Source of the DNA: Epithemia pelagica
Taxonomy: Eukaryota; Protista; Bacillariophyta
DNA: 64,000 nt
NCBI GenBank assembly: GCA_946965045.2
Contig: OX337237.1
Location: forward strand, 2,914,001 to 2,978,000
Direction of reading: 5' to 3'
In this document: positions 43,636 to 53,632 of the stretch, piece after piece
Numbering within the stretch: position 1 is the first letter of the stretch
Layout of the letters: every line of letters begins with the position of its first letter
Notes under the pieces: generated by a model
Seen by the model: only the letters and a program-made list of their open reading frames with translations
Databases searched by the model: none
What the model was told of the DNA's origin: nothing
Program-made: the position numbers and the translations under genes

Positions 43636-45037
43636 GAAGAGGGTTTTTGGTGGTTACGGACGGGCAAGTTGAGGGAGTGTTTCTCAGTCCTGCTGTGGGG
43701 CAAGCCCAATTGGAACAGCGAGATGCGTGATTAATGGAACGCCTTGCTGGACTACCAAGACGCTCTCAAGAATTGGAGGAGGAAATGGGCCTCTCTGGCA
43801 CGCCCGTGAACGATACCCTCCCCGACTTGGAAGTGGCCCCCGTGGAGGAGGAACCTCCTCAGGGCGTAGGAAGGAAGTGATCTGGGCAAGCAGCACGTGA
43901 ACGGCCGGCCCGAAGTTTGCAAATCAATACGACAGTGGGCCGTGGTACTGCCCAAGAGACGGCCTCCTCCATTCCAACCGATTATTGGGCATATGGGCTG
44001 GTCCACACCAGTGGAGTCCATCTGGCTGTGGCTGGACCATGAAGCGCAGTTGGCAGATTTTCTATGCACGGGGTGGACGATTTGCACCATGTTCACTACC
44101 CCACAACCCCACAAGACTCGGCAGGCCGGACAGCAAGGATGTTCTCCAGAATTACCCTAGGACTGGACGTCGGCAAGAGCAGATTGATATCATCTCCCTT
44201 GATAGCAAGGATGACGCTAGGATGGGCACAAGAGGTGACGGGGCTCCGAACCGTCGAAGATTGATAGCGGCGCGACAGTCTCCCTCATCACGTTGCCCGA
44301 GTGGTTGCATCAAATATGACAATGACGACGGGGAGTCTGAAGATGACAAAGTTTGGAGGGATGGGAGCAGTCTGGTTGTGTCCCGGACCCGGAGGACCCG
44401 TCTACAGGTACAGCCAAACAACTGTTCGGAGTGAACATCAATGATATGGCAGGGATTGACAAACTACTGCTCCCACTGGATGTGGTCGATCGACAGGAAC
44501 AAGAACCAAGATAGTTGCATTTTCATCATGGTAGCACAGGTAGTCGTATCTCCAGCGGATGCGCATACCTGGCTCCAGCAGAGACCTCTATCTCCAGCCG
44601 TACCTTGCTCAAGCAGAGATGAGCTGTTGCGGGACCGGCCTCTAAAAAGTACTGGTAGATAAGGGACTCCTGACACGAACTCAAATTCTTGAAAAAAGGA
44701 ACAATTCCACTGCCACAAAAGTTCCGCAACTTGACTTTTTCAGAAGAAAACGATGACTTAAGGTCAGAAACTAAGTTCTTGACTTCCACAATAATGCTAG
44801 AAGCCACAGAACACGGTGGAAGGTCCGAGTTCAGAACTTGACTTCGTGAAAAACAGTAAGTCAAAGTTGAAAATGAAAGTTTTCAATTGAACTTGAATGT
44901 GATGAAGTTACTCATGGTGCTCTCTAACTTGATTTCACTGAGAAAAGTCATTGGATCTCGGCTTGAAATGTAAAACAGTCAAGTCGAACTTCAACACCCT
45001 GGTTGCGTTGTATCACTGAACTCAGCCGTTCCATCCC

Positions 45038-45460
45038 AAAGGGTACTGCTTGCGTCAAGTGACATCCCCACAATCGAGTCTTTGTAGTCGTATTGACATG
45101 ATCGCTGAGATGGTTATTGTTGGGAGTGTGGTTCGGTCGTGGTGGTGTTGAAAGACAGGTAACACACAATGGCAAGGACCATTTCAATGACGAGTGGTTC
45201 GTCTTGGAATGCGTCTACGGATGGTTCGTGTTGTTCTTGTTGTTCCGGAGCGTTCGATTGGTTCCAACCAGTGTCAATGACACCCACACCACACAACTGG
45301 CAAATAGTGTACTACTACAAGTACTACCACCATGTTGGTTCTGCCATTTCTGGCACTTTTTCTTGTTCTTGTCCTCATGCTGTCGAGAATTTGAAAAACA
45401 GGAATGTGCATTCTCCGATTAACAGACTCTCTTTCTCTCTCTATGATTTGGATGGGATGG
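45038..45460 (-). pseudogene. Truncated, frameshifted 5' fragment of sulfotransferase-like paralog 3
   Basis: Aligns to ~34290-34700 (gcgtcaagtgaca.ccccacaatcgagtc; RLWGCHLTQ). The TM-coding frame is broken and homology stops at ~45038. Confidence 0.8.
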
Positions 45461-45759
45461 ATGGAGACCTCTACCCTCAACGTTGAGAGACGTTGGAACG
45501 AATTTTTTTGGGGTGCGGCGCAGCATCTCGTTTTGTGCTAGGGAAACAGTCACCCCGCGCGGAAAAGCCGCAAGTTCGCGCGCCGGCTCATGCGTTCCGC
45601 TTCTCACAAAAATCTCAAAGGAACACACCACAAAACAAAGACAAAGGATATGTCCATACAACAAGTCGAAGGATTGATGGCGATCGATTCACGAAGGCTT
45701 CTCGGTTGTCGCAACTACCTTTTTTCCAACTCTTCACCTTGTTCCGATGCGAGTTCGTA

Positions 45760-48246
45760 TTAGCTCCCATATGTCATCGGTATGTCCGCTTGTTTTTGCC
45801 CAGTTGGCACATCTTCCAAGGCCCTCATGCGTTTCAAGCTCGCATCCGCATCCTCGTTCATTAAGTTTAGATAGTTCAACCCAGTTAAGACAATGCAGGG
45901 AAAGTCAAACCGTTCCGTCTCACTCCAATAATTGTGCCGGAAGCGTTTCTGCTCAAATTGCGTCGCTACGCCTGCGCCGACTTCATCCACTCCTATAGCA
46001 AATAGTATCGCTGGCCAATGCTTTGCTAGGTCCACCCCAGCAGCCTCGAAGGTTTCTTTTTCCTCATTCGTCAAAAAATATTCCACGTTCACCTTGTGAT
46101 GTGTCGTAGCGTTCTCAGCCCCTGTAAGACTTTGAAGCGTGTCCGAAACTCTGTTTTTGTCCTGAACGACAACGCCAACGAATGTGTCTTTTTTTACCCT
46201 TAGCGGGATGACTTTGTCAATGCCTCTGCGACCCTCTTCCACAACAATTGCTGCAGTTCGTCGATAAGCATACCGCAGTAAATCATGAGTGATTAGTGGT
46301 CCCTTGATTGATTTGGAAAGATACACAAAATGAGTAAAGCAGACCTGACCGTCAAGGTACGTCAAATGTCGAGAAGCTTCACTCGATTGATTCTGTTTCT
46401 TTGCTTCGAGAAGGGCCTGCGAATCCGACCAATCAAGCCCTAGACGCTTCAAGATTGCGAGTTCGTTTTCTACATTAATTTCTTGAAGACCACTCGTCTC
46501 GAGCTTGTCAATCACTGTACCAAGATTGGCATCCTTTCTGTTGAACTGCTTCAAGTAGTCCTTGAGCTGTACCCCTTTGGCTGTTCCATCGTCCATTGCT
46601 TTGTCCATTGCAAGCGTCATCAACAGCCGGACGATGAGTTCTCCTTTGTATCCTTTATCGACAACTCCGAATGCAAGAAACTCGTTCAACGTAGACATCA
46701 TCCGCTGTATATTTTCGGCGTTGTTCATTAATTTTCTGGCAGCCACGGCCAAAACTGGCTCTGAAGGATATGCCACTGTCATGCTCATTCTATCCTCTGA
46801 AACGCTTAGCGCTGTACCCATGTGACATGCAACAAGGGATGGTGCGTACAAACTTGTCGGTGAGATGGACAGGCACAATCGAACCGACAAAGCAGCCAAC
46901 AGTTCTTCCTTCTTTGCGAGCTTGAAATCGCTCTCCATCGAATTGCGTAGTTTCATTATTGCATAATCAAGCAGAGAACTTGGAGCCAGTGACATTTTGC
47001 ATGTAAGGAGAGCCTTCCATAGTGGACGACCCATTGAATACAAGATTAGCGGATCATGGCATGCTTCAACGTTCTTGGCAAGTAGTGTGTCGCGATCATT
47101 GTTCACCCGAAAGCTAGATCCAAGGATAAAGGGCTTCAATGGCTTTTGATTATTGTCATCATATCCAGCATAAGGCTTGAATGACGAATCTTGATTCTCG
47201 TCATCGTACCTCGAACAGGGCTTCCATGACGGATCTTCGGGAGACAAATACGTTATGGAGGAAAATGTGGACATGACGACAAAAAATAGCCATTCCGACT
47301 CATCTGTAAACGTCTTGAACACGGCACGCAGGGCGCGGTAGAACGACACCCCGTCCGATGTGAATTTGTCCAAGAGCCATGATGCTTCATCAACAACAAA
47401 GATAATCTTCTTTTGACCAGGTACTAGCTTGTGTATCTCCGGTGGCTTGGTGTAGGTTGACAGAGGAGAAATTGTTGTGGAACCGGAACCCGGGTTTTCC
47501 CCTGCAATCGCTTGGTTCAAAGCCACGCATATCTCCTTGTAGAGCGCTTGTTCCAGCACTTTCCTTGGGTACTCTGAGAAATCTGAGTCGTCAATCGTTA
47601 CGTTCTTTGATGGGTAGGCTTTCTTGGAAGCAAAGGTCCAGTAAACGACCTGATAGTCCTTGAGGGGATAGGCTTTCAAATGAGTAACGAGACGTGATTT
47701 CCCGTAGCCAGAGCTCTGAATGACCGCAAAAAACGGAGCGTTTTTCACGATAGACTCTCCCTTCCGTTGCAGGAAAATCTTCCGTTGCTCCTCAAGATGT
47801 CGTATGAATTCGAGATCATCATCATGTCTTTCATAGTCCTGTCTAAATGCACTTTCAGCAGGGTCTTGGGCCAAATCCTTTTTTTCTCTTATCTCAAGAA
47901 ACCTGTCAATTCTAGAGCATACCCAATTTTCATTCTCGTCGGTGATCGCTGAAGGAAATTTCCTGGCAATCAAAATGATCTTGTGTGACTCCGATGCCTT
48001 GTTCCAGTCCTCCACGGTCGATTTTGCATCATTATATGCTTTTTCCAAAATGCCCACGCACGACCACTGCTGAGACTGATATGCTTCGCCCTTGTCGGTG
48101 TCGATGAGACTACTGTAGTCGTACGGCGGCTGCCCCCGTTTGCTGCTTGTTTCTGTTGTTCCCGATGTAGCATCGACCATATTGACGTCTTCCTCCTCTT
48201 CTTCCATTGCCAATTTCTCGCTTCCCTCGACTGTTCGCTTGGACAT
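45760..48246 (-). CDS. Crinkler-type NTPase + REase-fold protein, copy N2 (828 aa)
   Basis: Same motifs as N1; intact ORF. Confidence 0.78.
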   Translation of the reverse strand: MSKRTVEGSEKLAMEEEEEDVNMVDATSGTTETSSKRGQPPYDYSSLIDTDKGEAYQSQQWSCVGILEKAYNDAKSTVEDWNKASESHKIILIARKFPSAITDENENWVCSRIDRFLEIREKKDLAQDPAESAFRQDYERHDDDLEFIRHLEEQRKIFLQRKGESIVKNAPFFAVIQSSGYGKSRLVTHLKAYPLKDYQVVYWTFASKKAYPSKNVTIDDSDFSEYPRKVLEQALYKEICVALNQAIAGENPGSGSTTISPLSTYTKPPEIHKLVPGQKKIIFVVDEASWLLDKFTSDGVSFYRALRAVFKTFTDESEWLFFVVMSTFSSITYLSPEDPSWKPCSRYDDENQDSSFKPYAGYDDNNQKPLKPFILGSSFRVNNDRDTLLAKNVEACHDPLILYSMGRPLWKALLTCKMSLAPSSLLDYAIMKLRNSMESDFKLAKKEELLAALSVRLCLSISPTSLYAPSLVACHMGTALSVSEDRMSMTVAYPSEPVLAVAARKLMNNAENIQRMMSTLNEFLAFGVVDKGYKGELIVRLLMTLAMDKAMDDGTAKGVQLKDYLKQFNRKDANLGTVIDKLETSGLQEINVENELAILKRLGLDWSDSQALLEAKKQNQSSEASRHLTYLDGQVCFTHFVYLSKSIKGPLITHDLLRYAYRRTAAIVVEEGRRGIDKVIPLRVKKDTFVGVVVQDKNRVSDTLQSLTGAENATTHHKVNVEYFLTNEEKETFEAAGVDLAKHWPAILFAIGVDEVGAGVATQFEQKRFRHNYWSETERFDFPCIVLTGLNYLNLMNEDADASLKRMRALEDVPTGQKQADIPMTYGS

Positions 48247-48271
48247 GATGCTTTTGCACCAAAGATCGAAA

Positions 48272-49719
48272 TTACATGTCGATGAACAAAAAATGAACAC
48301 ATGACGTGAAAAATATGAAAGGGCGCCCCCCCCCCTTTCTATTGTTGGGTGGCAGCTCTCCGTTCACTGACTCTTGAGGAATGGATGGGTAATGAACTGG
48401 GACGGTGCGAAGCATTTGATTCGCATCCATTCTTTTGCAATTGTGTTTAAATTCGGCGTACATCTCCATGACCAGATCGTTGCGTTCGGATCGACTCGTG
48501 TTTCCAGTTGTAGCCATCAAGGGAAAGTATCCATAGTAGGCACATTTAAACTTTTGGACAAGGCCCAAAAGCCAAATTCTTAATAATGGGGAGGAAACAG
48601 TTCAATAATCGCTGATCCTGTTTTCATGAAAAGGAGATTGGTTGAGGCAGCACCGTGTGGAAGAATTACAATGGACTGTCGAGACCACCATGTAAATTGC
48701 TCTATTGGCTTCATATCTTCCATGTTGGCACGTTCCACAATACAATCCGGGTACATTTGGCGAATAGCTCGCTCCAGTTGGTCCATGTTCCCAATTTTGC
48801 GATTGTTCAATCGATTGACCAAGCCGATCCGGAGAACAGTCTCATCCATAAGGGCCACGTTGCTGCTGCTGGAATTGGTGGTTCCGCTAATGTTGTTGTG
48901 GTTTCGATACGTTTTTGTTTGAAAGAGACGATTTCGCAACGCTTTTCCATGTTGGGGATCCCAAAAAAATCGACGGAGAGCGGCATCATTACGGTGTGGT
49001 CGAAACAAGTAATAGGTATGAGTGGCAGTGTTTCGTGGCAAGTCTCGTTTTCGTGTGGTGCCCAACTGGTGGTCCTTCTTTTGTTGTTGTTGTTGTTGTT
49101 GTTTTTCGGGGCCGAGGGAGACAATTGTACTCGTTTGTGGTAACTCTGATAAATTGAACTCTCTGTAGTCGTAGGTACACTTCATCAACTTGACAATCAA
49201 GGCCGTTCGCCAATCTTTGGCAACTGGACCCACACCAGCCAAGTGGTTGAGGTTGACACGGCACTGAAACGTGTCCTCGTCGTTGTCGTCGTTGGACAGT
49301 TGAGAAGAGGCTGTTGCTTGGAGTAGTGCTTGCTGCGACTGAAAGAAACTCCAACATTGACTCAAGGCTTGGAGTGCATGCGGGAAATGATAGAACATAT
49401 ACGTCGACTCCTTGTCCAAAAAGCACATCAAGGCAATGGTTCTCCTATTCGGCTGCTGCAGTTCTGTTGCTAGTATGGTGGCATGCTCCTGTGAGCCTTG
49501 CAATTCCGTGTTATTGTTGCTTCTCATCCCAACGAATCTTGGTGATGCTGGTACTACCGGTGGAGCTTCCACTTGGCTGTCCCAAGTCATGGCGGAGAGT
49601 TCCGAAAGGAATTGACGAGACATGAAAAAGTTTCCTGTAAATGCCATCCAAATTGTGGATGCCACGAGATTCCTCCATTGGAAAAGGCTTCTTCTTCTTG
49701 AAGAAAGCGGTGCTTTCAT
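48272..49719 (-). pseudogene. GT61-family glycosyltransferase with nonsense codon and -1 frameshift near the 3' end
   Basis: ILPHGAASTNLLFM...IIELFPPHY then TAA (48580-48582), where the plus-strand paralog reads PHYYWRGFW. A one-base loss at ~48540 shifts to YYGYFPLMATTGN. Confidence 0.8.
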
Positions 49720-50839
49720 CGTGGACCGATCACATTGGGACCGGGTTCATCGTACTTTTTGTAAGGTTTGATTCTGATACAGCCAAAGAACGGTCATTCC
49801 TTGTCGGAACTTTTCATTAAATCAAGACCACTTCACCACGTCGTTCCACGTCAGAATCACTTCCAATGGACTAGCCAAGAAAGACAAAGAACAGTAGCGG
49901 ATAGCTATGCCATCTAGAGGACCTAGCTACGCTCAGAAGAGGTAGATTAGAACCTCTACTCCTACTCCTACCTAGATGCTTGTCATTGCCACAAATTGGT
50001 TTTGGTAGGCAGCAATCTAGGTCCCATTATTCATCTATAATGTTCCTACTTTGATGGTGTATACTCTCGCAATCTCGTCGGCCATGCCATCGGAAATGAC
50101 TGTTGTGGAAGGAAACGTAAGATGAGACTATCCTAGTTGATCATCGTGGGTTGTGGCGGCTGTCGTCATCGTCGTTCTGGTTGTGGGTACCCTCCTTTGA
50201 GAGCCTTGGCCGAAACGATCGACATGTTGTTATTGTTGTTCTCGTAATGGTTCGTTTGGGGGCATTCGCAAGAGGACTCTTGGATTGGGAATGGTGTTTG
50301 TTGTTGCGTGAAGGATGGAATACAAGGAGTCGGGGATGGTGACCAAATGCACCTGTTGTGGTTGTGGTTGCACGGCCGAACCCAGACCGGAACAGCAGCA
50401 AACCTGTCACGGGCCCAAGTAGCCGCCACAGCCGAGCGGACCCATGTCGTTCTTTTGTTGGTGGTGCTGTCGAACTTGTGAGGACGGAACCAGGACATTG
50501 GATCGCACCAATCTTCCAGTGGCTTGCCTTTGTATACGGACGTATCGAATACAGCCCAACGATCGCAACACACCTCTCTACGCCACCAAAGGACTGTTGT
50601 TGTCAACTGTCCACTGCTGCTTCCGGGGTTGGTGAAATGCGAGATCGCGGCATAGATCCAATGCTACGTCCTTCGTCAATCTAGGTATATCTTCGACCGA
50701 TAGGTGATCTAAAAGCGACCTGTAGATGTGATGGTATGTACTCGTAGGATGATCGTGAATTGGCTCGCTCCCAACCAGAAATCAAGAAACGTGGTTTCCA
50801 CAAGACACACATGCAAACTCGGCACAAAAAGACAGAACC

Positions 50840-52381
50840 ATGAGGAGGAGGCGCCGGTCCCAATGTGATCGGTCCACGACAAAAGCGACGCCGTCTTTTT
50901 CCAGAAGAAGCCTTTTGCGGTGGCGAACTGTACTTGCCGCCACAATTGCAGTGGCATTGACAGGAATCTTTGTCACATCTCGTCAATTCCTTCTGCAACT
51001 CTCCTCCTCGTCGCCTTTTATGGCGGGGGACAGCCACGAAACAGAACACGCTCCACCAGCAGTAGAAACACCGCCAGCATTCGTAGAAGACGCTCCACCA
51101 GTAGTAGAAGCGACAGGATTCGTTGGGATGAGAAGCAAGAGCAACAACAAGAGCACGGAGTTGCAAGGTTCACAAGAGGATACCACCACACCAGCAACGT
51201 CCTACAACAAGAGCAATAGCAACAACAACACGGAGTTGCAAGTTCCCCAGCATCATCCTGTTTCGTCACAACAAGCACCAGAGAACCATCTGCCGAGCAC
51301 AAAGACCATTGCCTTGTGGTGCTTTTTGGACGACAAGTCAACGTATATTTTCCCTCACTTTCCGCATGCACTGCAAGCCTTGAGTCAGTGTTGGAGTTTC
51401 TTTCAGTCCCAGCAGGCACAACTTCAGGCCACAGCCTCTTCTCAACTCCTCTCGAACGACGACACGTTTCAGTGTCATATCAACCTCAACCGCGTGGGAC
51501 GTTTGGGACAAGTCAAAAGGGATTGGCGAGCGGCCTTGATTGTCAAGTTGATGAAATGTACCTACGACTACAAAGAGTTCAATCTGTCACAGCTACCACA
51601 GAATAGTACGGTTATCTCACTAATAAAGCGTCCGGCCGATCAACCACAAGACCAAAAGCAACAACCAAAGGGAAAGAAGCACACCAAGCCAAAACCAGAG
51701 TTGCCTCGGAACAACGCAACGCATACCTATTACTTGTTTCGACCACACCGTAATGATGCCGCGTATTATCGATTCTTTTGGGATCCTCAACATGGACAAG
51801 TGCTGCGAAATCGACTCTTTGAAACAAAAAGCTATCGAAACCACAACAACATTAGCAAAACCACCAACTCCAGTAGCAACAGTGTGGTCCTTATGGATGA
51901 GACTGTTCTCCGAATTGGATTGGTCAACCGATTGGGTAATCGAAAAGTGGGGAACATGGACCAACTGCAGAAAGCTATACAGCGAATGTACCCGGATTGT
52001 ATTGTGGAACGTGCCAATATGGAAGGCATGACGCCTCTACAACAATTTACGTGGTGGTCTCGACAGTCCATTGTCATTCTTCCACACGGTGCTGGCTCGA
52101 CTAATCTCGTGTTTCTGAAAGCAGGATCGGCCATTATTGAAATTTTCCCACCGCACTATTACTGGAGGGGATTTTGGGCCTTGTCCAAAACGTTAAATGG
52201 GCACTACTATGGATACTTTCCCTTGATGGCGACAACTGGAAACACGAGTCGATCCGAACGCAACGATCTGGTCATGGAGATGTACGCCGAATTTAAACAA
52301 AGTTGTAAACAATTGGATGCGTATCGAATCCTTCGTAGCGTCCCAGTTATCAGCAACAACAACAAACTTTTATTCCACTGA
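50840..52381 (+). CDS. Glycosyltransferase family 61 (DUF563-like) type II membrane protein
   Basis: TM anchor, HFPHALQ, RIGLVNRLGNRKVGN, WWSRQSIVILPHGAGSTNLVFL...IIEIFP (HGAG.TN hallmark); 513 aa. Confidence 0.82.
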   Translation: MRRRRRSQCDRSTTKATPSFSRRSLLRWRTVLAATIAVALTGIFVTSRQFLLQLSSSSPFMAGDSHETEHAPPAVETPPAFVEDAPPVVEATGFVGMRSKSNNKSTELQGSQEDTTTPATSYNKSNSNNNTELQVPQHHPVSSQQAPENHLPSTKTIALWCFLDDKSTYIFPHFPHALQALSQCWSFFQSQQAQLQATASSQLLSNDDTFQCHINLNRVGRLGQVKRDWRAALIVKLMKCTYDYKEFNLSQLPQNSTVISLIKRPADQPQDQKQQPKGKKHTKPKPELPRNNATHTYYLFRPHRNDAAYYRFFWDPQHGQVLRNRLFETKSYRNHNNISKTTNSSSNSVVLMDETVLRIGLVNRLGNRKVGNMDQLQKAIQRMYPDCIVERANMEGMTPLQQFTWWSRQSIVILPHGAGSTNLVFLKAGSAIIEIFPPHYYWRGFWALSKTLNGHYYGYFPLMATTGNTSRSERNDLVMEMYAEFKQSCKQLDAYRILRSVPVISNNNKLLFH

Positions 52382-52669
52382 ATCAAAGTGACGGGAACGT
52401 GTTATCGTGGTCCTATGTACCTCAAGTCTCTAAAATGGTATCCTGGTGTTGGTCGGCTCAACACGTTTTGCCAAACAAGGACAATCTGGTCCATCACTTT
52501 GACGACGACCCGCCACAATGGCTCATGGATGAATACTCGTGAGGCACCAGTCGAGATGGAACTGTTTGGATTCTAAATGTGGTTTATCCGCCGATATGGT
52601 CCGCCGACGTCCTCACCACCGCCAAGGACGACTCCGACGACGATCCTGTGGCAAAGAATATGCTCCTCT

Positions 52670-53065
52670 TTATTCCACGTGTTGGGGGCTCTGTTGGAAG
52701 GAGCAATATATTATATAGACCACGTATGGTGGTTTCTTCCCTTGCATGCGTCTCCCGAAATCTAGAGCCGAACGTGCCGTGATCGTTCTCCTCAATTGGT
52801 GGGATAAAGCTATCATTGATAGCACGGTTTCACGCATGGACCCGCATTCGCTCACCAGACACTGGTACACGTGGCATCCAGAAAACTGCTTCAGATAGTT
52901 CCTTGGGCCAAGGAAAAGAACAGCGCTGAATACGAGTAGAAGACCAAGAGACAAAACGAAGAGGAAGCAACCATGATGAACAGCTACCGAAATTGCTCTA
53001 CTACTGCGACGCTTTATCGAAGACCAATCCGAGTTGCAACCAAGTGCACCATCATGTCGCAACAA
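52670..53065 (-). pseudogene. Relic type II membrane protein 5' end (second copy at 60012-60407)
   Basis: Basic N-terminus plus hydrophobic anchor (KRRSSRAISVAVHHGCFLFVLSLGLLLVFSAVLFLG), downstream of the shared upstream element; the frame closes early. Confidence 0.35.
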
Positions 53066-53632
53066 TCATATGGTTCATGGTGGTTTGGCGTCTTTTGTAT
53101 TCTTTGGAATTTGGTTGAATTGCTGGTTGCTTGCCAACCAAAACCACTCGTTTCGACGCATGTCGAAAGAAGAGTGGACCGGTATAGGCTGTACGGTTAT
53201 CGCATCCTGGCGAGAGAGATCGAGAATGAGAGAACCCATTTTTTGGTGGCTAAGTGCCTCGTTGCGACAAGGAAGATGTCGCCCCGCGCTCATAGGCCGC
53301 AAGCTCTCGTCGCGCCGGCTTGCGTCCCGTTTCTCACCAAAATCTGAAACAACATACCAAGAACCAAGACACCAAAAAACACAAGACTAAAAACTGACAG
53401 AAGATATAAGCAATATGCAACACCATGTCCCCTTGGAACGGAGGAAGCAGTGATGGCCATCGCCAAAGATTCAATGAAAAAAGGCGCTGCTTCAAATGGC
53501 AGTGAGCCAACTACTTCGTGCGATCATTCCGCAGAGGGACAAAGGAACTCGAAGTTAAGGAAAACTTACTATCGTTTCTCCTATGTCCTACTCTTCACCT
53601 TGTTCCGATGCGAGGTCCAAAAATGACATTAA

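Larger units (their letters stand above)
43009..44450 (+). pseudogene. Degenerate ORF relic (probably TE-derived) that hosts the LINE insertion and the minisatellite
   Basis: Protein-like frames broken by stops and frameshifts: RVDADTQPG..., FVDLCSDDLCRVLFIRTYSRGTR*KAVCGD, RGFLVVTDGQVEG...RDA*LMERL, TDYWAYGLVH. Family not identified. Confidence 0.35.

Noticed and set aside
50141-50684. ORFs between the divergent GT61 genes (and copies at 57503-58026)
   Set aside because: Several overlapping frames, no motif, and the 10-bp indel between copies changes them; no frame can be preferred.
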